64,000 bases of DNA, taken from positions 208,024 through 272,023 of the forward strand of contig CAIUWA010000016.1 in the NCBI GenBank assembly GCA_903902745.1, given 5' to 3'. The translations under genes were made by a program, and so were the position numbers. The DNA comes from an uncultured Opitutia bacterium. Lineage in GTDB: Bacteria > Verrucomicrobiota > Verrucomicrobiia > Opitutales > Opitutaceae. The first letter of the stretch is position 1, and each line of letters begins with the position of its first letter. Below the pieces are notes generated by a model, which saw only the letters and a list, made by a program, of their open reading frames with translations, ran no database searches and was not told where the DNA came from. Shown here piece by piece: positions 1-12,737 of this stretch.

Positions 1-101
1 CGCGCGTGCCCATCTGGAAGAAGGAACATTACGCCGACGGCGGCACGGTCTGGATCAATTGCGCCACCCGCGGTTCCGCTGCAGGGGGAACACCACCGTA
101 G
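1..101 (+). CDS. 3' end of a MoaE-like (molybdopterin synthase catalytic subunit) gene, truncated by the window edge
   Basis: Reading from position 3 gives RVPIWKKEHYADGGTVWINCATRGSAAGGTPP, then TAG at 99-101. PIWKKE..DG..W resembles the MoaE C-terminus as I recall it. Only 32 codons are visible. Confidence 0.4.
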   Translation, partial: RVPIWKKEHYADGGTVWINCATRGSAAGGTPP

Positions 102-108
102 AAGGCGG

Positions 109-564
109 GTGATTGAGCGGATGGCCGGGCGGAAACGGGCTGGAGATTTCCGAGCAGCCGCAGGGCGGACACCCGCTTTCGGGCTTAAAGAATCCGCTAA
201 ACCCCCGGACCCGGCCCGGTTTGCGCTGGTCTTGGCCGCCGCCGCCGTTATTGCCGTGGGTATGCTTTTCCTGGCTGCAACCGCGATGGAGAAACTCAAG
301 GAAGTCCCGCCGTCCTTCTGGCTCAAGGTGTTGCTCGGCGTCGGTATCTTTGTCGGCGCCTTCATCATCCTGCGCAAGGTCGCCGCCATGAACAAGGTGG
401 TGCTCGCCGTCATCGTCTTCATCGTGGTGATCGTTGGGGGCGTAAACTGGATTTATGAAAGAAACGAGCCGGCCATGCTGACGCCTTTCATCAACAAGAT
501 CGCCCCGTTTTTCCCCAGCAAGGGTAGTTACGGCGGCAAGCAGCAGGGCGGCCCAAAAGTGTAG
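109..564 (+). CDS. small integral membrane protein, unknown function
   Basis: Three hydrophobic helices (ALVLAAAAVIAVGMLFLAATA; VLLGVGIFVGAFIIL; VVLAVIVFIVVIVGGV) and GC-rich third codon positions. The start could be GTG 109 or ATG 121. The opposite-strand ORF 55-624 is Arg/Pro/Gly-rich and judged a shadow. Confidence 0.6.
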   Translation: MIERMAGRKRAGDFRAAAGRTPAFGLKESAKPPDPARFALVLAAAAVIAVGMLFLAATAMEKLKEVPPSFWLKVLLGVGIFVGAFIILRKVAAMNKVVLAVIVFIVVIVGGVNWIYERNEPAMLTPFINKIAPFFPSKGSYGGKQQGGPKV

Positions 565-633
565 GTTCCGGGCCGGCGGACCGATTTTCAGGTGGTTTTT
601 CACCGGCCTTTCTGGCCAACTCACCCTCCCGCC

Positions 634-2136
634 ATGCCCAAATCACACTCTGACATCGGACTCATCGGCCTCGCAGTGATGGGTCAGAACCTCGCCCTCA
701 ACATCGCCGACCACGGCTTCCGCATCTCGGTTTACAACCGCACGACGGAAAAGACCGACAAGTTTGTCGCGGAAAATCCCCGCACGCCCGGCGGCGTTGT
801 GGGCACGAAGACCCTCGAGGAATTCGTCCAGTCACTCGCCAAGCCCCGCAAGATGATCATCCTGGTGCAGGCCGGGAAGGCCACGGATGCCGTGATCGAC
901 GGACTGGTGCCGCTGCTGGAACAGGGCGACATCGTCATCGACGGCGGCAACGCCCTCTGGACCGACACGATCCGCCGCGAAAAGGCGCTGGCGGTGAAAG
1001 GCCTGCGCTTCATCGGCAGTGGTGTTTCCGGCGGTGAAGAGGGCGCGCGCTTCGGCCCCTCACTCATGCCGGGAGGCGAATTCGCGGCCTGGCAGGAATT
1101 GAAGCCCATCTGGGAGGCCGTGGCTGCCAAGGTTGACGCCAAGACGGGCAAGCCCCTCACCGGCGCCACGCCGGGCAAACCGGTGGTCGGCGGCGTGCCC
1201 TGCACCACGTACATCGGCGCCAACGGCGCCGGCCATTACGTGAAGATGATCCACAACGGCATCGAGTATGGTGACATGCAGATGATCTGTGAGGCCTACG
1301 CCCTCATGCAGGGTCTGCTGGGACTGAAGGCGGCCGAGATGGGCGCGATTTTCTCCGAGTGGAACGCGGGCATCCTCGATAGCTTTCTTATCGAAATCAC
1401 GGCGGACATCCTGAAGCAGAAGGATCCCTCCTCGAAAAAGGCGTTCGTGGACATCGTCCTCGACACCGCCGGCCAGAAGGGCACGGGCAAGTGGACCTCG
1501 ACCAACGCCCTCGACATGGGCGTGCCCGCACCAACGATCGCCGAGGCGGTTTTTGCCCGCTGCATCTCGGCCATCAAGGAGGAGCGCGTGGCGGCGTCGA
1601 AGATCCTCAAGGGCCCGTCGAAAAAATACCGCGGCTCGAAGCAGGCGCTCATCACCGCGATCCATGACGCACTTTATTGCTCAAAGATCTGCTCCTATGC
1701 CCAGGGCTTCCAGCTCATGCGCACAGCGCAGAAGGAGTACGGCTGGACACTCAACTTCGGCGAGATCTCCCAGATCTGGCGCGGCGGGTGCATCATCCGC
1801 GCGGCGTTCCTGCAGAAGATCACGGAGGCCTACGCCCGGAATCCCACTCTGGCGAACCTGCTGCTCGATCCGTATTTCAACAAGACGGTCAAGAAGGCCC
1901 AGGAAAACTGGCGCAAGGTGATCTCGCTCGCGGCCGAGTGCGGCGTGGCGGCACCAACCTTCAGTTCCGCCCTCGCCTACTACGACAGCTATCGTTCGGC
2001 CCGCCTGCCGGCCAACCTGCTCCAAGCGCAGCGCGATTTCTTTGGCGCCCACACCTACGAGCGCACCGACCAGCCGCGTGGGAAATTCTTCCACATCGAC
2101 TGGCCCGAGCCGACCCGCCCGCAGATTGCGAGTTGA
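634..2136 (+). CDS. gnd: 6-phosphogluconate dehydrogenase, decarboxylating
   Basis: From ATG 634 the product reads [23 protein letters not shown] (Rossmann start). It carries [11 protein letters not shown] and GTGKWT motifs and is full-length Gnd-like. The ORF-track start at 592 is taken as an upstream extension. Confidence 0.95.
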   Translation: MPKSHSDIGLIGLAVMGQNLALNIADHGFRISVYNRTTEKTDKFVAENPRTPGGVVGTKTLEEFVQSLAKPRKMIILVQAGKATDAVIDGLVPLLEQGDIVIDGGNALWTDTIRREKALAVKGLRFIGSGVSGGEEGARFGPSLMPGGEFAAWQELKPIWEAVAAKVDAKTGKPLTGATPGKPVVGGVPCTTYIGANGAGHYVKMIHNGIEYGDMQMICEAYALMQGLLGLKAAEMGAIFSEWNAGILDSFLIEITADILKQKDPSSKKAFVDIVLDTAGQKGTGKWTSTNALDMGVPAPTIAEAVFARCISAIKEERVAASKILKGPSKKYRGSKQALITAIHDALYCSKICSYAQGFQLMRTAQKEYGWTLNFGEISQIWRGGCIIRAAFLQKITEAYARNPTLANLLLDPYFNKTVKKAQENWRKVISLAAECGVAAPTFSSALAYYDSYRSARLPANLLQAQRDFFGAHTYERTDQPRGKFFHIDWPEPTRPQIAS

Positions 2137-2157
2137 GGCGGAATCATGCCGGGGAAA

Positions 2158-2207
2158 ACAAAGGCGTCCCTTGCGGGCGCCTTTGTTATGTCCGCAAGGG
2201 ACGCCTT
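2158..2207. terminator. bidirectional hairpin between convergent gnd and the 2214-2534 gene
   Basis: There is a perfect 16-bp inverted repeat, AAGGCGTCCCTTGCGG (2161-2176) / CCGCAAGGGACGCCTT (2192-2207). A competing 9-bp stem pairs ACAAAGGCG (2158-2166) with CGCCTTTGT (2178-2186). Confidence 0.5.
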
Positions 2208-2213
2208 GACGCT

Positions 2214-2534
2214 TTAATTGGCCCAGGCGCCCTCGAGCACGCCGGCGGCGGCGTCCTCTTCTTCCTCCGCCGGGATTTCTTCAAGCGGGGCGAAGCGTTC
2301 CGAGGAGAAGCCGAGTTCCTGTTCCCCCTTGTAGAAAGGATCGGGCGGATTGTGCAGTTCCTCGAGCAGCAGGCCCACCGTCGCCGAATCGCCGCCGCGC
2401 ACCATTTTTTCCCGGCCGAGAAACACCTCGCGGATCGTGTAGGTATCACCCTTCACCGGCAGCTGCTTGTAGAGCGTGTGCACGAAATCGGGGAAGGTAT
2501 CGTTGATGCAGACGACTTTCTGGCCTTTGATCAT
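2214..2534 (-). CDS. hypothetical protein (106 aa, acidic C-terminus)
   Basis: Coding-like codon usage from ATG 2534 (MIKGQKVVCINDTFPDF...). The ORF-track N-terminus (MLGVKNSDSS) is translated repeat element, so it was trimmed. No family recognised. Confidence 0.6.
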   Translation of the reverse strand: MIKGQKVVCINDTFPDFVHTLYKQLPVKGDTYTIREVFLGREKMVRGGDSATVGLLLEELHNPPDPFYKGEQELGFSSERFAPLEEIPAEEEEDAAAGVLEGAWAN

Positions 2535-2550
2535 GGAAGAGTCGGAATTT

Positions 2551-2618
2551 TTAACACCGAGCACACGGAGGTCACGGAGAGACTTTTGTTCCCCACTCCG
2601 GGCCCGCTGTGTTTATAA
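2551..2618. repeat. GAG-word palindromic element, TTAACAC type (copy C)
   Basis: Left arm is TTAACACCGAGCACACGGAGGTCACGGAGAG (three 9-nt CACNGAG words). Right arm CCCCACTCCGGGCCCGCTGTGTTTATAA is imperfectly complementary. The element fills the gap between two minus-strand genes. Confidence 0.7.
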
Positions 2619-2624
2619 GTGAAT

Positions 2625-3086
2625 TCACTCGATCCGTCCCTCGTCGAATTCGATCAGGTCGACCACGCTTCGGATCTCACCGATGCGGTCCGCGCAGCCC
2701 ATGGCCGTGAGGGCCTCCTTGAGGAACTCCTGACCGGCCGGCGTCATGCCCTTTTGGACATAATTGCGGTTCCACTGGTGGGCGCGGACATCCTGCGGCA
2801 GCAGCTCCCTCAACCGTCGCTCAACCTCGGTTGCATCCGCCGACTCCAGGGCGATTTTTTCGACCGCGGCGGGATCGATGCCGAGATGCAGGCAAAGGAA
2901 ACGATCCATCCCGCGCTTGTAATTTTTGGCGTAACTGGCCGGCAGCGTCCCGTGCTCCTTCACATACCGGCATTTCGCGAGAAAGCGCGGCAGGTGGAGC
3001 AAACCGGTTGCCCCATGCGGGGCATATGCGGACGGCAGGCTGGTCAGAATTTCACCGGTGGAGCCGGGAATGGGCTTGGAAGGCAT
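2625..3086 (-). CDS. conserved hypothetical protein, DUF5069-like
   Basis: 153 aa from ATG 3086 (MPSKPIPGSTGEIL...HLPRFLAKCRYVKEHGTLPASYAKNYKRGMDRFL...). The family name is from recollection only. The upstream part of ORF 2625-3590 is an Arg-rich shadow of gltD. Confidence 0.65.
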   Translation of the reverse strand: MPSKPIPGSTGEILTSLPSAYAPHGATGLLHLPRFLAKCRYVKEHGTLPASYAKNYKRGMDRFLCLHLGIDPAAVEKIALESADATEVERRLRELLPQDVRAHQWNRNYVQKGMTPAGQEFLKEALTAMGCADRIGEIRSVVDLIEFDEGRIE

Positions 3087-3124
3087 GGTCAACCCCCACC
3101 AGGGCGTTAAGCCGCGGATGGATT

Positions 3125-4609
<1,485 letters not shown>

Positions 4610-4653
4610 GGTGGCGTTAAGTCGGAGTTGGAAGTGGTGGAGGTGGGGGCGCG

Positions 4654-7600
4654 TCAGTTGCCGCCGACCCGGGACGTGTCGCGGGCATTTTCCTCGAAGG
4701 CGGCCATGATGGCCTCGTCGCCGGTGAGGCCCTGGGCCTGCGCGCGGTCGATGCAGGCGAGCATGCGTTTGTAGTCCTTGGGCATGACCTTGACGAACTT
4801 CGGGACGAACTTGTCCCAGTCGGCGAGGACGGCCTTGGCGCGTTCGCTCTTCGTGTAGTCGTAGTGCTTCTGGATCATCGCGCGCACGGCGGCGATTTCC
4901 TTGGCGTCCTCGAGCTTTTCGATGCCGACCATCTGGACGTTGACGCGCTTGGCAAAGTCGCCGGCCTCATCGAGGACGTAACCGATGCCGCCGGACATGC
5001 CGGCGCCGAAGTTGCGGCCGGCCCGACCGAGCACGACGACGTTGCCGCCGGTCATATATTCACAGCCGTTGTCGCCGATACCCTCGACGACGACGGTCAC
5101 GCCGGAATTGCGGACGGCAAAACGCTCGCCGGCCATGCCCCGGATGTAAGCCTCACCGGCGCTCGCGCCGTAGAAGGCGACGTTGCCGATGATCATGTTT
5201 TCCTCGGCCTTGAACGTGGCGCTGGCCGGCGGGTAAATGATGAGTTTGCCGCCGGAGAGGCCCTTGCCGAAGTAGTCGTTGGCGTCGCCCTCGATGGAGA
5301 GCGTCATGCCGCGGGTGACGAACGCGCCGAAGCTCTGGCCGGCGGAGCCGTTGAACTTGAACTTGATCGTGTCCTCGGGAAGGCCCTTGGCGCCGTGCTT
5401 CTTCGTGATCTCGCCGGAGGTGATCGTGCCGACCACGCGGTTGACGTTGCGGATCGGGAGCTCGGCGACGACCTTCTCGCCCCGGTCGATTGCGGGCTGG
5501 GCGAGGCCAAGCAGCGTGGTGACATCGAGCGAGCGCTGGATGCCGTGATCCTGCTTGATCTGGCAGAAGCGGCCGATCTCGGGGCCGACGTCGGGCTGAT
5601 AGAGGATGTTTGAGAAATCGAGGCCCTTGGCCTTCCAGTGCTCGACCGCGTTGCGCGCCTCGAGTCGGTCGGTGCGGCCGATCATTTCCTCAATCGTGCG
5701 GAAACCGAGGGCGGCCATCGTCTCGCGGATATCCTCGGCGATGAACTTCATGAAGTTCACGACGTGCTCGGGCTTGCCGGCGAACTTCGCGCGGAGCTGC
5801 GGATCCTGCGTGGCGACGCCGGCAGGACAGGTGTTGAGATGACACACGCGCATCATGATGCAGCCGGTGGCGACGAGCGGAGCCGTCGCGAAACCGAACT
5901 CCTCGGCGCCGAGCAGCGTAGCGATAATGACGTCGCGGCCGGTCTTGAGCTGGCCGTCGGTTTCGACGGCGATGCGGCTGCGGAGATTGTTGAGGACGAG
6001 CGTCTGGTGGGTTTCGGCGAGGCCGAGCTCCCACGGGAGGCCGGCGTGATGCAGCGACGTCATCGGTGAAGCACCGGTGCCGCCGTCATAGCCGGAAATC
6101 AGGACCACGTCCGCGTGCGCCTTCGCAACTCCGGCGGCGACGGTGCCGACGCCGACCTCGGAGACGAGCTTCACGGAGATGCGCGCGTCCTTGTTGCCGT
6201 TCTTCAAGTCGTGGATCAGCTCGGCGAGATCCTCGATCGAGTAGATGTCATGGTGCGGTGGGGGCGAGATGAGGCCGACGCCGGCGGTGGTGCCGCGGGT
6301 CTTGGCGACCCACGGATACACCTTGGTGCCGGGCAGCTGGCCGCCTTCGCCGGGCTTGGCGCCCTGGGCCATCTTGATCTGGATTTCCTTCGCGTTGACG
6401 AGGAATTCGCTGGTGACGCCGAAGCGGCCGGACGCGACCTGCTTGATCGCGGAGTTCTTCGAATCGCCGAGCTCGTTCGTCCAGGTGAAGCGCGCGGGGT
6501 CCTCGCCGCCTTCGCCGGTGTTGGACTTTCCGCCGATGCGGTTCATCGCGATGGCGAGCGTCTCGTGGGCCTCGCTGGAGATCGAGCCATAGGACATGGC
6601 GCCCGTCTTGAAACGCTTCATGATCTTCTCGATCGGCTCCACTTCCTCGATCGGCACGGGCGTGTTGCCGCCCTTGAAATCGAGCAGTGAGCGCAGGGTG
6701 CAGAGCGCCTTGCCCTGGTCGTTTACCAGCTTCGCGTAGTTCTGGTAGGCGGTCTTGTTGTTGGTGCGGACCGCCTTTTGCAGCGCGTGCACGGACTCGG
6801 GCGTGAAGAGATGCGCTTCACCGCTGGAGCGCCACTGGTAGAGGCCGCCGACGGGGAGCACGTGGCCGTTCACCGAGCGATCCGGGTACGCGGCGTGGTG
6901 CCGCAGCAGGACTTCCTGGGCGATGACATCGAGGCCGATGCCGCCGACGCGCGACGGCGTCCAGGTAAAATAATGGTCGACCACGTCCTGGCGGAGACCC
7001 AGTGCCTCGAAGACCTGTGCGCCGCGGTACGACTGGATGGCGGAAATGCCCATCTTGGACATGACCTTGACGACACCCTTCGATGCGGCTTTCACGAAAT
7101 TGGCACAGCCCTTCTTGTGATCGAGGCCGGGCAGCATGCCCTCGCGGATCATGTCGTCGATCGTCTCGAACGCGACGTACGGGTTCACGGCGGTGACGCC
7201 ATAGCCGATGAGCAGGGCGAAATGGTGCACCTCGCGCGCGTCGCCGGTCTCGAGGACGAGCGAAACCTTGGTGCGGAGCCCTTCGCGAATGAGATAGTGA
7301 TGCAGGCCGGCGACAGCGAGCAGCGCCGGGATCGGCGCGTAGTCGCGGTTGACGCCGCGGTCGCTGAGGATGAGGACGTTGATTTCCTCCTCCTCGATCA
7401 TGCGCCGGGCCATGACGGAGAGTTCCTCCATCGACTGCGCGAGGCCCTTTTCGCCGCGGGCAACACGGAAGAGAATCGGGAGCACGCCAGTCTTGAGGCC
7501 GGGGAGGTTTGTCCGGCGGATCTTGCCAAATTCCTCGTTCGTGAGGACCGGCCACTTCAACTCGACGCGCCGGCAGGCCGACGGATCGGGATTGAGGAGG

Positions 7601-9309
7601 TTGCCCTCGGATCCGAGGCGGGATTCGGCGGAGGTGACGATTTCCTCGCGGATCGAGTCGATCGGCGGGTTCGTGACCTGGGCGAAGAGCTGCTTGAAAT
7701 AATCGTAGAGGAGCCGTGGCTTGTTGGAGAGCACCGCGAGCGCGGCATCGTTGCCCATCGAGCCGATGGCCTCGACGCCATCCTTCGCCATGGGTGCGAT
7801 AACAATGCGCTCGTCCTCGAACGTGTAGCCGAAGGCGATCTGGCGCTGGAGGAGCGTCTCGTGGTCCGGGCCCTCGGTCTTCGGGGCCTCGGGCAAATCG
7901 CTGAGATGGACGAGGTGCTCGTTCAGCCACTGGCGGTAAGGCTGGGCGCTGGAAACCTCGCGCTTGATCTCCTCGTCCTCGATGATCCGGCCCTGCTCGG
8001 TGTCGACGAGGAACATGCGGCCGGGTTGGAGGCGGCCCTTTTGGACGATTTGGTCGGGTGGAATGTCGAGCACGCCGGCCTCGGAGGCCATGATGACCGT
8101 GCCGTCCTTGGTGACATAATAGCGCGACGGACGCAGGCCATTGCGATCGAGGATGGCGCCGATCTGCTTGCCATCGGTGAAGCCGATCGACGCCGGGCCG
8201 TCCCACGGCTCCATGAGGCAGGAATGATATTGGTAGAACGCCTTGCGGGTGTCGTCCATCGACTCGTGGTTGGACCACGGCTCGGGGATCATCATCATCA
8301 TCGCGTGCGCCATCGGGCGGCCGGCGAGGACCAGCAGCTCAAGCGTGTTGTCGAACATCGCGGAGTCGGAGCCGTTCGGGTTGATGACCGGCAGGATCTT
8401 CTTGATGTCGTCGCCGAAGACCTCGCTGGCGAACAGGGCCTGCCGCGCGTGCATCCAGTTCATATTGCCGCGGAGCGTGTTGATCTCGCCGTTGTGCGCG
8501 AGGTACCGGTACGGATGCGCGCGCTCCCAACTCGGGAAGGTGTTGGTCGAGAAACGCGAGTGGACAAGGGCCAGCGCCGACTCCATCGACGGGTTCTTCA
8601 GGTCGGGAAAATACTGGTCGACCTGATCGGTCGTGAGCATGCCCTTGTAAACGAGCGTCTTGAACGAAAGGCTCGCGACATACCAATACTCGGCGCCCGA
8701 GAACGTGGAGGCGCGGATGTCGACGTAGGCGCGCTTGCGGATGACGTAGAGCTTGCGCTCGAACGCCATGTCATCGGCCATGCCCGCGGGCCGGCCGATG
8801 AACACCTGGCGCATGAACGGCTCGGACGCCTTCGCGGTGTCGCCGAGCATGGAGTTGACAGTCTTGACGGTGCGCCAGCCGAGGAAAGGGAGCCCCTCGG
8901 ATTGCACGAGCGCCTCAAAACGCTCCTCGATCTTGCGGCGGACGGAGGCGTTGCGCGGGAGAAACACGAGGCCACAGCCATACTGGCCGTAGGCGGGCAG
9001 AGTGATGCGGGCGGCCTTGCAGGCCTCGGCGAGAAACTTGTGGGGCATCTGGATGAGGATGCCGGCGCCGTCGCCCGTGTTGATTTCGGCGCCGCTGGCG
9101 CCGCGGTGGTCGAGATTGCGGAGAATCTGGAGGCCATCGGACACGATCTTGTGCGACTTCTGGCCGTGCATGTTGACGACGAAGCCGACGCCGCAGGCCT
9201 CGTGCTCGAAGAACGGATCGTAGAGGCCCTGTTTGGCCGGCAAACCGAGGGAAGCGCGGTGCGGTGTCGCGCTGGAAGGATTTTCGCTGACGTGGCTGCT
9301 GCTGTTCAT
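4654..9309 (-). CDS. gltB: glutamate synthase large subunit
   Basis: Class II amidotransferase N-terminus ([12 protein letters not shown]), FMN/3Fe-4S central domains and a GXGXG beta-helix C-terminus. The start is set at ATG 9309 (MNSSSHV). The ORF-track extension to 9615 crosses a terminator and the neighbouring gene. Confidence 0.95.
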   Translation of the reverse strand: MNSSSHVSENPSSATPHRASLGLPAKQGLYDPFFEHEACGVGFVVNMHGQKSHKIVSDGLQILRNLDHRGASGAEINTGDGAGILIQMPHKFLAEACKAARITLPAYGQYGCGLVFLPRNASVRRKIEERFEALVQSEGLPFLGWRTVKTVNSMLGDTAKASEPFMRQVFIGRPAGMADDMAFERKLYVIRKRAYVDIRASTFSGAEYWYVASLSFKTLVYKGMLTTDQVDQYFPDLKNPSMESALALVHSRFSTNTFPSWERAHPYRYLAHNGEINTLRGNMNWMHARQALFASEVFGDDIKKILPVINPNGSDSAMFDNTLELLVLAGRPMAHAMMMMIPEPWSNHESMDDTRKAFYQYHSCLMEPWDGPASIGFTDGKQIGAILDRNGLRPSRYYVTKDGTVIMASEAGVLDIPPDQIVQKGRLQPGRMFLVDTEQGRIIEDEEIKREVSSAQPYRQWLNEHLVHLSDLPEAPKTEGPDHETLLQRQIAFGYTFEDERIVIAPMAKDGVEAIGSMGNDAALAVLSNKPRLLYDYFKQLFAQVTNPPIDSIREEIVTSAESRLGSEGNLLNPDPSACRRVELKWPVLTNEEFGKIRRTNLPGLKTGVLPILFRVARGEKGLAQSMEELSVMARRMIEEEEINVLILSDRGVNRDYAPIPALLAVAGLHHYLIREGLRTKVSLVLETGDAREVHHFALLIGYGVTAVNPYVAFETIDDMIREGMLPGLDHKKGCANFVKAASKGVVKVMSKMGISAIQSYRGAQVFEALGLRQDVVDHYFTWTPSRVGGIGLDVIAQEVLLRHHAAYPDRSVNGHVLPVGGLYQWRSSGEAHLFTPESVHALQKAVRTNNKTAYQNYAKLVNDQGKALCTLRSLLDFKGGNTPVPIEEVEPIEKIMKRFKTGAMSYGSISSEAHETLAIAMNRIGGKSNTGEGGEDPARFTWTNELGDSKNSAIKQVASGRFGVTSEFLVNAKEIQIKMAQGAKPGEGGQLPGTKVYPWVAKTRGTTAGVGLISPPPHHDIYSIEDLAELIHDLKNGNKDARISVKLVSEVGVGTVAAGVAKAHADVVLISGYDGGTGASPMTSLHHAGLPWELGLAETHQTLVLNNLRSRIAVETDGQLKTGRDVIIATLLGAEEFGFATAPLVATGCIMMRVCHLNTCPAGVATQDPQLRAKFAGKPEHVVNFMKFIAEDIRETMAALGFRTIEEMIGRTDRLEARNAVEHWKAKGLDFSNILYQPDVGPEIGRFCQIKQDHGIQRSLDVTTLLGLAQPAIDRGEKVVAELPIRNVNRVVGTITSGEITKKHGAKGLPEDTIKFKFNGSAGQSFGAFVTRGMTLSIEGDANDYFGKGLSGGKLIIYPPASATFKAEENMIIGNVAFYGASAGEAYIRGMAGERFAVRNSGVTVVVEGIGDNGCEYMTGGNVVVLGRAGRNFGAGMSGGIGYVLDEAGDFAKRVNVQMVGIEKLEDAKEIAAVRAMIQKHYDYTKSERAKAVLADWDKFVPKFVKVMPKDYKRMLACIDRAQAQGLTGDEAIMAAFEENARDTSRVGGN

Positions 9310-9401
9310 GTCGGTGGGCCGCGGAGGATTGCGGTTTTGGGTCAAAAGGGAGGAAGGTTTCAGGCGAAGGACGACCGGCGAAGAGAGACCGGGCAATGCG
9401 C

Positions 9402-9438
9402 AAAAAAAGGGCCGTCTCGTGCTATGCGAGAGCGGCCC
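9402..9438 (-). terminator. intrinsic terminator downstream of the glutaredoxin-like gene
   Basis: The minus strand reads GGGCCGCTCTCGC-ATAGC-ACGAGACGGCCC followed by TTTTTTT. That is an 11-bp GC-rich stem with one bulge and a 7-T tract. Confidence 0.65.
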
Positions 9439-9469
9439 GGGCGTTAGTTGCGGTGAGCTCTCAGCGTCG

Positions 9470-9805
9470 TCAAAAGAAGCGGATCGTTTTGGTGGCCATT
9501 TTGGCGTGTTCCTCGTCCGAGCAGCCCGCATTGGTGGGAACGTCGGCCGAGAGATCGGCGGGTTTGACGAGGTCGTTGCTGAGCAGGTAATTCTCCACTT
9601 CTTCGCCGGAAACATCCGCCAGCATCACGCCATCGATCTCGACGCACGGGGAAAGGGGCTGGCCGGACTTCTGCACCATTTCCGCGTAGTTGGCGCGGTT
9701 GTTGATGATGTCGATGTCCTCGAAGGCCAAGCCGTGCTTGCGCATGATGGCGCGGACGCCATTGGACCAGCCGCACTGCGGCTTGAGATAGGCTTTGATG
9801 TTCAT
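9470..9805 (-). CDS. glutaredoxin-family protein (CGWS active-site variant)
   Basis: From ATG 9805 the product reads [33 protein letters not shown]..., a thioredoxin-fold pattern. Confidence 0.8.
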   Translation of the reverse strand: MNIKAYLKPQCGWSNGVRAIMRKHGLAFEDIDIINNRANYAEMVQKSGQPLSPCVEIDGVMLADVSGEEVENYLLSNDLVKPADLSADVPTNAGCSDEEHAKMATKTIRFF

Positions 9806-9968
9806 GCGGTGAATATGTGTGAGGACGGAAACGGCGCAAGGTATAGGGCAGCATTCCCGTCCGGCAAGAGGAAGTTTGGATTTTTTTGGATGAGATAAGC
9901 ATATGCCGTGCACAACCGGGCCGTTTTTCACTAGCTGCCCGCGTCACGGTCGCCTATCACGATCCGGA

Positions 9969-10955
9969 ATGAAAGTCCTCGTGACCGGCGCGGCCGGATT
10001 TATCGGATACCATGTGGCGCGGCGCCTGGCTGGGACGAAGCGCTGCGAAGTGCTGGGCGTGGACAACCTGGGCGACTATTACGACGTGGCGCTGAAGCGG
10101 GCGAGGCTGGCGGAGCTGGCCCCGCTACGGGAATTCCGTTTTTTGGAGGCCGATTTTGCCGAGACGGATAAATTTGCCGGAATGGTGGCGCATTTCAGGG
10201 CTGATTACGTGGTCCATCTCGGTGCGCAGCCCGGGGTGCGGTACAGCATGGAGAATCCCGCGGCGTACGTGCACAGCAACCTCGCCGGTTTTGCCAGCGT
10301 GCTTGAGGCCTGCCGCCGCACCCCGCCCAAGCATCTCGTGTATGCTTCAAGCAGCAGCGTCTATGGCGCCGGAGGCCACGCACCATTTCGGGAAGAGGAC
10401 AACACCGACCAGCCCGTGTCGTTCTACGGCGCCACGAAAAAGAGCAACGAACTCATGGCTCATAGCTATGCACATTTGCACGGGCTGAACGTCACCGGCC
10501 TGCGTTTCTTCACGGTTTACGGGCCATGGGGGCGCCCCGATATGGCGCCAACGCTTTTCGCGCGGGCCATCAGCGCGGGCCAGCCGGTGCGACTTTTCAA
10601 CCAGGGCAAAAACCTGCGGGATTTCACCTACATCGATGACATCGTCGATGGAGTCGTGAAAACATTGCTCTTCCTGCCGGGTCCCGGCACCGCGGCATCT
10701 CTGCCGAACCCGCCCGGTCGCATTTTCAACCTCGGACACAACCGCCCGGTCGAAACGCTGCTCTTTGTGCGCATGCTTGAGCAATTGCTCGGAAAATCCG
10801 CCCGGGTCGATCTGCTGCCCGCTCAGCCCGGTGACATGCTTGTGACCTGTGCTGATCTCACCCGCATCCAGGCGGCGATCAATTATGCCCCACGCGTGCC
10901 GCTCGAGGAGGGGTTGAAGCGGTTTGTCGAATGGTTCAGGGGCTACTATAAGTAG
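9969..10955 (+). CDS. NAD-dependent epimerase/dehydratase (UDP-glucuronate 4-epimerase-like)
   Basis: MKVLVTGAAGFIGYH Rossmann fold, a SSSSVYG serine and a YGATKKSNE YxxxK catalytic motif. Confidence 0.9.
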   Translation: MKVLVTGAAGFIGYHVARRLAGTKRCEVLGVDNLGDYYDVALKRARLAELAPLREFRFLEADFAETDKFAGMVAHFRADYVVHLGAQPGVRYSMENPAAYVHSNLAGFASVLEACRRTPPKHLVYASSSSVYGAGGHAPFREEDNTDQPVSFYGATKKSNELMAHSYAHLHGLNVTGLRFFTVYGPWGRPDMAPTLFARAISAGQPVRLFNQGKNLRDFTYIDDIVDGVVKTLLFLPGPGTAASLPNPPGRIFNLGHNRPVETLLFVRMLEQLLGKSARVDLLPAQPGDMLVTCADLTRIQAAINYAPRVPLEEGLKRFVEWFRGYYK

Positions 10956-11072
10956 TCCTGACGCCCACCGGTTTTTAGGCGGAGCCGGCTTGCAGGCGTT
11001 GGGTGTCCATTCAACGTGGCGGCAGGGGCCTACGCCGGTTGAATGGGCCGGTGGGCTCCGGCTTTTCAAATC

Positions 11073-11429
11073 ATGAAAACGATCCTCCTCCTCGTCTGCT
11101 CCAACATCTTCATGACCCTGGCCTGGTACGGGCACCTGAAGTTCAAGTTTCTCGAGGGCCGGTCGCTGCTCGCGGTGATCCTCGTCTCGTGGGGCATCGC
11201 ATTCTTCGAATATTGCCTCATGGTGCCGGCCAATCGCGCTGGATATTTTAGCGGAGGGTTTACCGGCTATCAGCTCAAAATCATCCAGGAATGCATCACC
11301 CTGGCGGTGTTTGTCATTTTTGCCTGGGCGGTGCTGGGGGAAAAACTGGCCTGGAACTACGCCGTGAGCTTCGGATTTCTTATCGCCGCCGTCTGGTTTG
11401 CGGTGGCCTTCAAGCCGGGCGGGCGCTGA
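11073..11429 (+). CDS. DMT-superfamily small membrane protein (DUF486-like)
   Basis: 118 aa from ATG 11073 with four hydrophobic helices (MKTILLLVCSNIFMTLAWYGHLKF...). Confidence 0.75.
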   Translation: MKTILLLVCSNIFMTLAWYGHLKFKFLEGRSLLAVILVSWGIAFFEYCLMVPANRAGYFSGGFTGYQLKIIQECITLAVFVIFAWAVLGEKLAWNYAVSFGFLIAAVWFAVAFKPGGR

Positions 11430-11544
11430 ATCGCGGCGGAAATCCGCTCCGCGCTTGCGTCGACCGATGAAAGATTCACGGTCAAAACCACGTTATTAAT
11501 TGCGACGGTTTCGTTCCCTTTAACCTTAATCCCTCCCCTCCTCC

Positions 11545-12615
11545 ATGTCCAAAGCCGCTCCCGCCAAGACCACTCCCGCCGCCGCTCCCGCCGCCCATGT
11601 GCGCGACAAACACATCGAACTGGCGCTCTCCTCCATCAGCAAACAGTTCGGCGAGGGCTCGATCATGCGCCTCGGCAGCAACACCAAGATGAAGGTCGAG
11701 ACGCTCTCCACCGGTTCACTCGCGATCGACCTCGCGCTCGGTGTCGGCGGGCTTCCACTCGGCCGCATCGTCGAAATCTATGGCCCGGAATCTTCAGGCA
11801 AGACCACGTTCTGTCTCAGTGTCATTGCGGAGGCCCAAAAAAAGGGCGGCCTGGCCGCATTCATCGACGTCGAGCATGCGCTGGATCCGAAGTATGCGCG
11901 CGTGGTGGGCGTGAATCTCGATGACCTGCTCGTTTCCCAGCCCGACAGCGGCGAGGACGCGCTCAACATCATGGAGACGCTCATCCGCTCCAACAGCATC
12001 GATGTCATCGTCCTCGATTCCGTCGCCGCGCTGATCACCAAGGCCGAGCTCGACGGCCAGATGGGCGACATGACCATGGGCAGCCAGGCCCGGTTGATGT
12101 CGCAGGCCATGCGGCGCCTCACGGCGGTCGTCAGCAAGACGAAGTGCGTGTGTATTTTCACCAACCAGATCCGTGAAAAGATCGGCGTGATGTTCGGCAG
12201 TCCCGAAACGACCTCGGGCGGCCGCGCGCTGAAGTTTTTCTCGTCGGTCCGCATCGACATCCGCCGGAAGGACCAGATCAAGACCCCCGAGGGCAAGGTC
12301 ATCGGCAACCGGACGAAGATCAAGATCGTGAAGAACAAGGTCGCCCCGCCCTTCACCGAGGTCGAATTCGACATCATGTACGACGAGGGCATCTCGAAGA
12401 TCGGCTCCCTCCTCGATCTCGCGCTGGAGCACAAGATTCTCGAAAAGAAGGGCGCGTGGATTGCCTACGAGGGCAATCTCGTCGGCCAGGGCCGCGACGC
12501 CGCCAAGCTGGCACTCAAGGAAAAGCCCGAGCTGGCCGAGAAGATTTCGAAGGCCGTCCTCGAAAAAGTAACCGTCACCGGCGGCGCGGTGATCACCGGC
12601 GCCCCGGCGGAGTAA
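11545..12615 (+). CDS. recA: recombinase RecA
   Basis: Walker [10 protein letters not shown] and canonical RecA sequence throughout ([48 protein letters not shown]). Confidence 0.97.
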   Translation: MSKAAPAKTTPAAAPAAHVRDKHIELALSSISKQFGEGSIMRLGSNTKMKVETLSTGSLAIDLALGVGGLPLGRIVEIYGPESSGKTTFCLSVIAEAQKKGGLAAFIDVEHALDPKYARVVGVNLDDLLVSQPDSGEDALNIMETLIRSNSIDVIVLDSVAALITKAELDGQMGDMTMGSQARLMSQAMRRLTAVVSKTKCVCIFTNQIREKIGVMFGSPETTSGGRALKFFSSVRIDIRRKDQIKTPEGKVIGNRTKIKIVKNKVAPPFTEVEFDIMYDEGISKIGSLLDLALEHKILEKKGAWIAYEGNLVGQGRDAAKLALKEKPELAEKISKAVLEKVTVTGGAVITGAPAE

Positions 12616-12737
12616 GTTCGCGGCACCCGCGGTTGCCGGCGGGATCGGCGCGTTTTATCCCATGACGGCGCTTTCGCCCGGATACTCGGCGGCTTATTCT
12701 GCAGACCTCCCATGGTTTGCGCGTTGCGGGCACGGGT

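Noticed and set aside
6778-9447. 889-aa plus-strand ORF
   Set aside because: It lies entirely antisense to gltB. The product is Arg/Ala/Gly/Asp-rich with no motifs, which is a typical shadow ORF in high-GC DNA.
9816-9870. Possible degenerate GAG-word element next to the glutaredoxin-like start
   Set aside because: Only a 6-bp inverted repeat (GGACGG 9823-9828 / CCGTCC 9857-9862) and loose ACGGAAACGG words are present. This is too weak to call without a family profile.
11430-11544. LexA/SOS box upstream of recA
   Set aside because: I found neither a TGTTC direct-repeat motif, as reported for Verrucomicrobia, nor a CTGT-N8-ACAG palindrome. There are only AT-rich promoter-like sequences.
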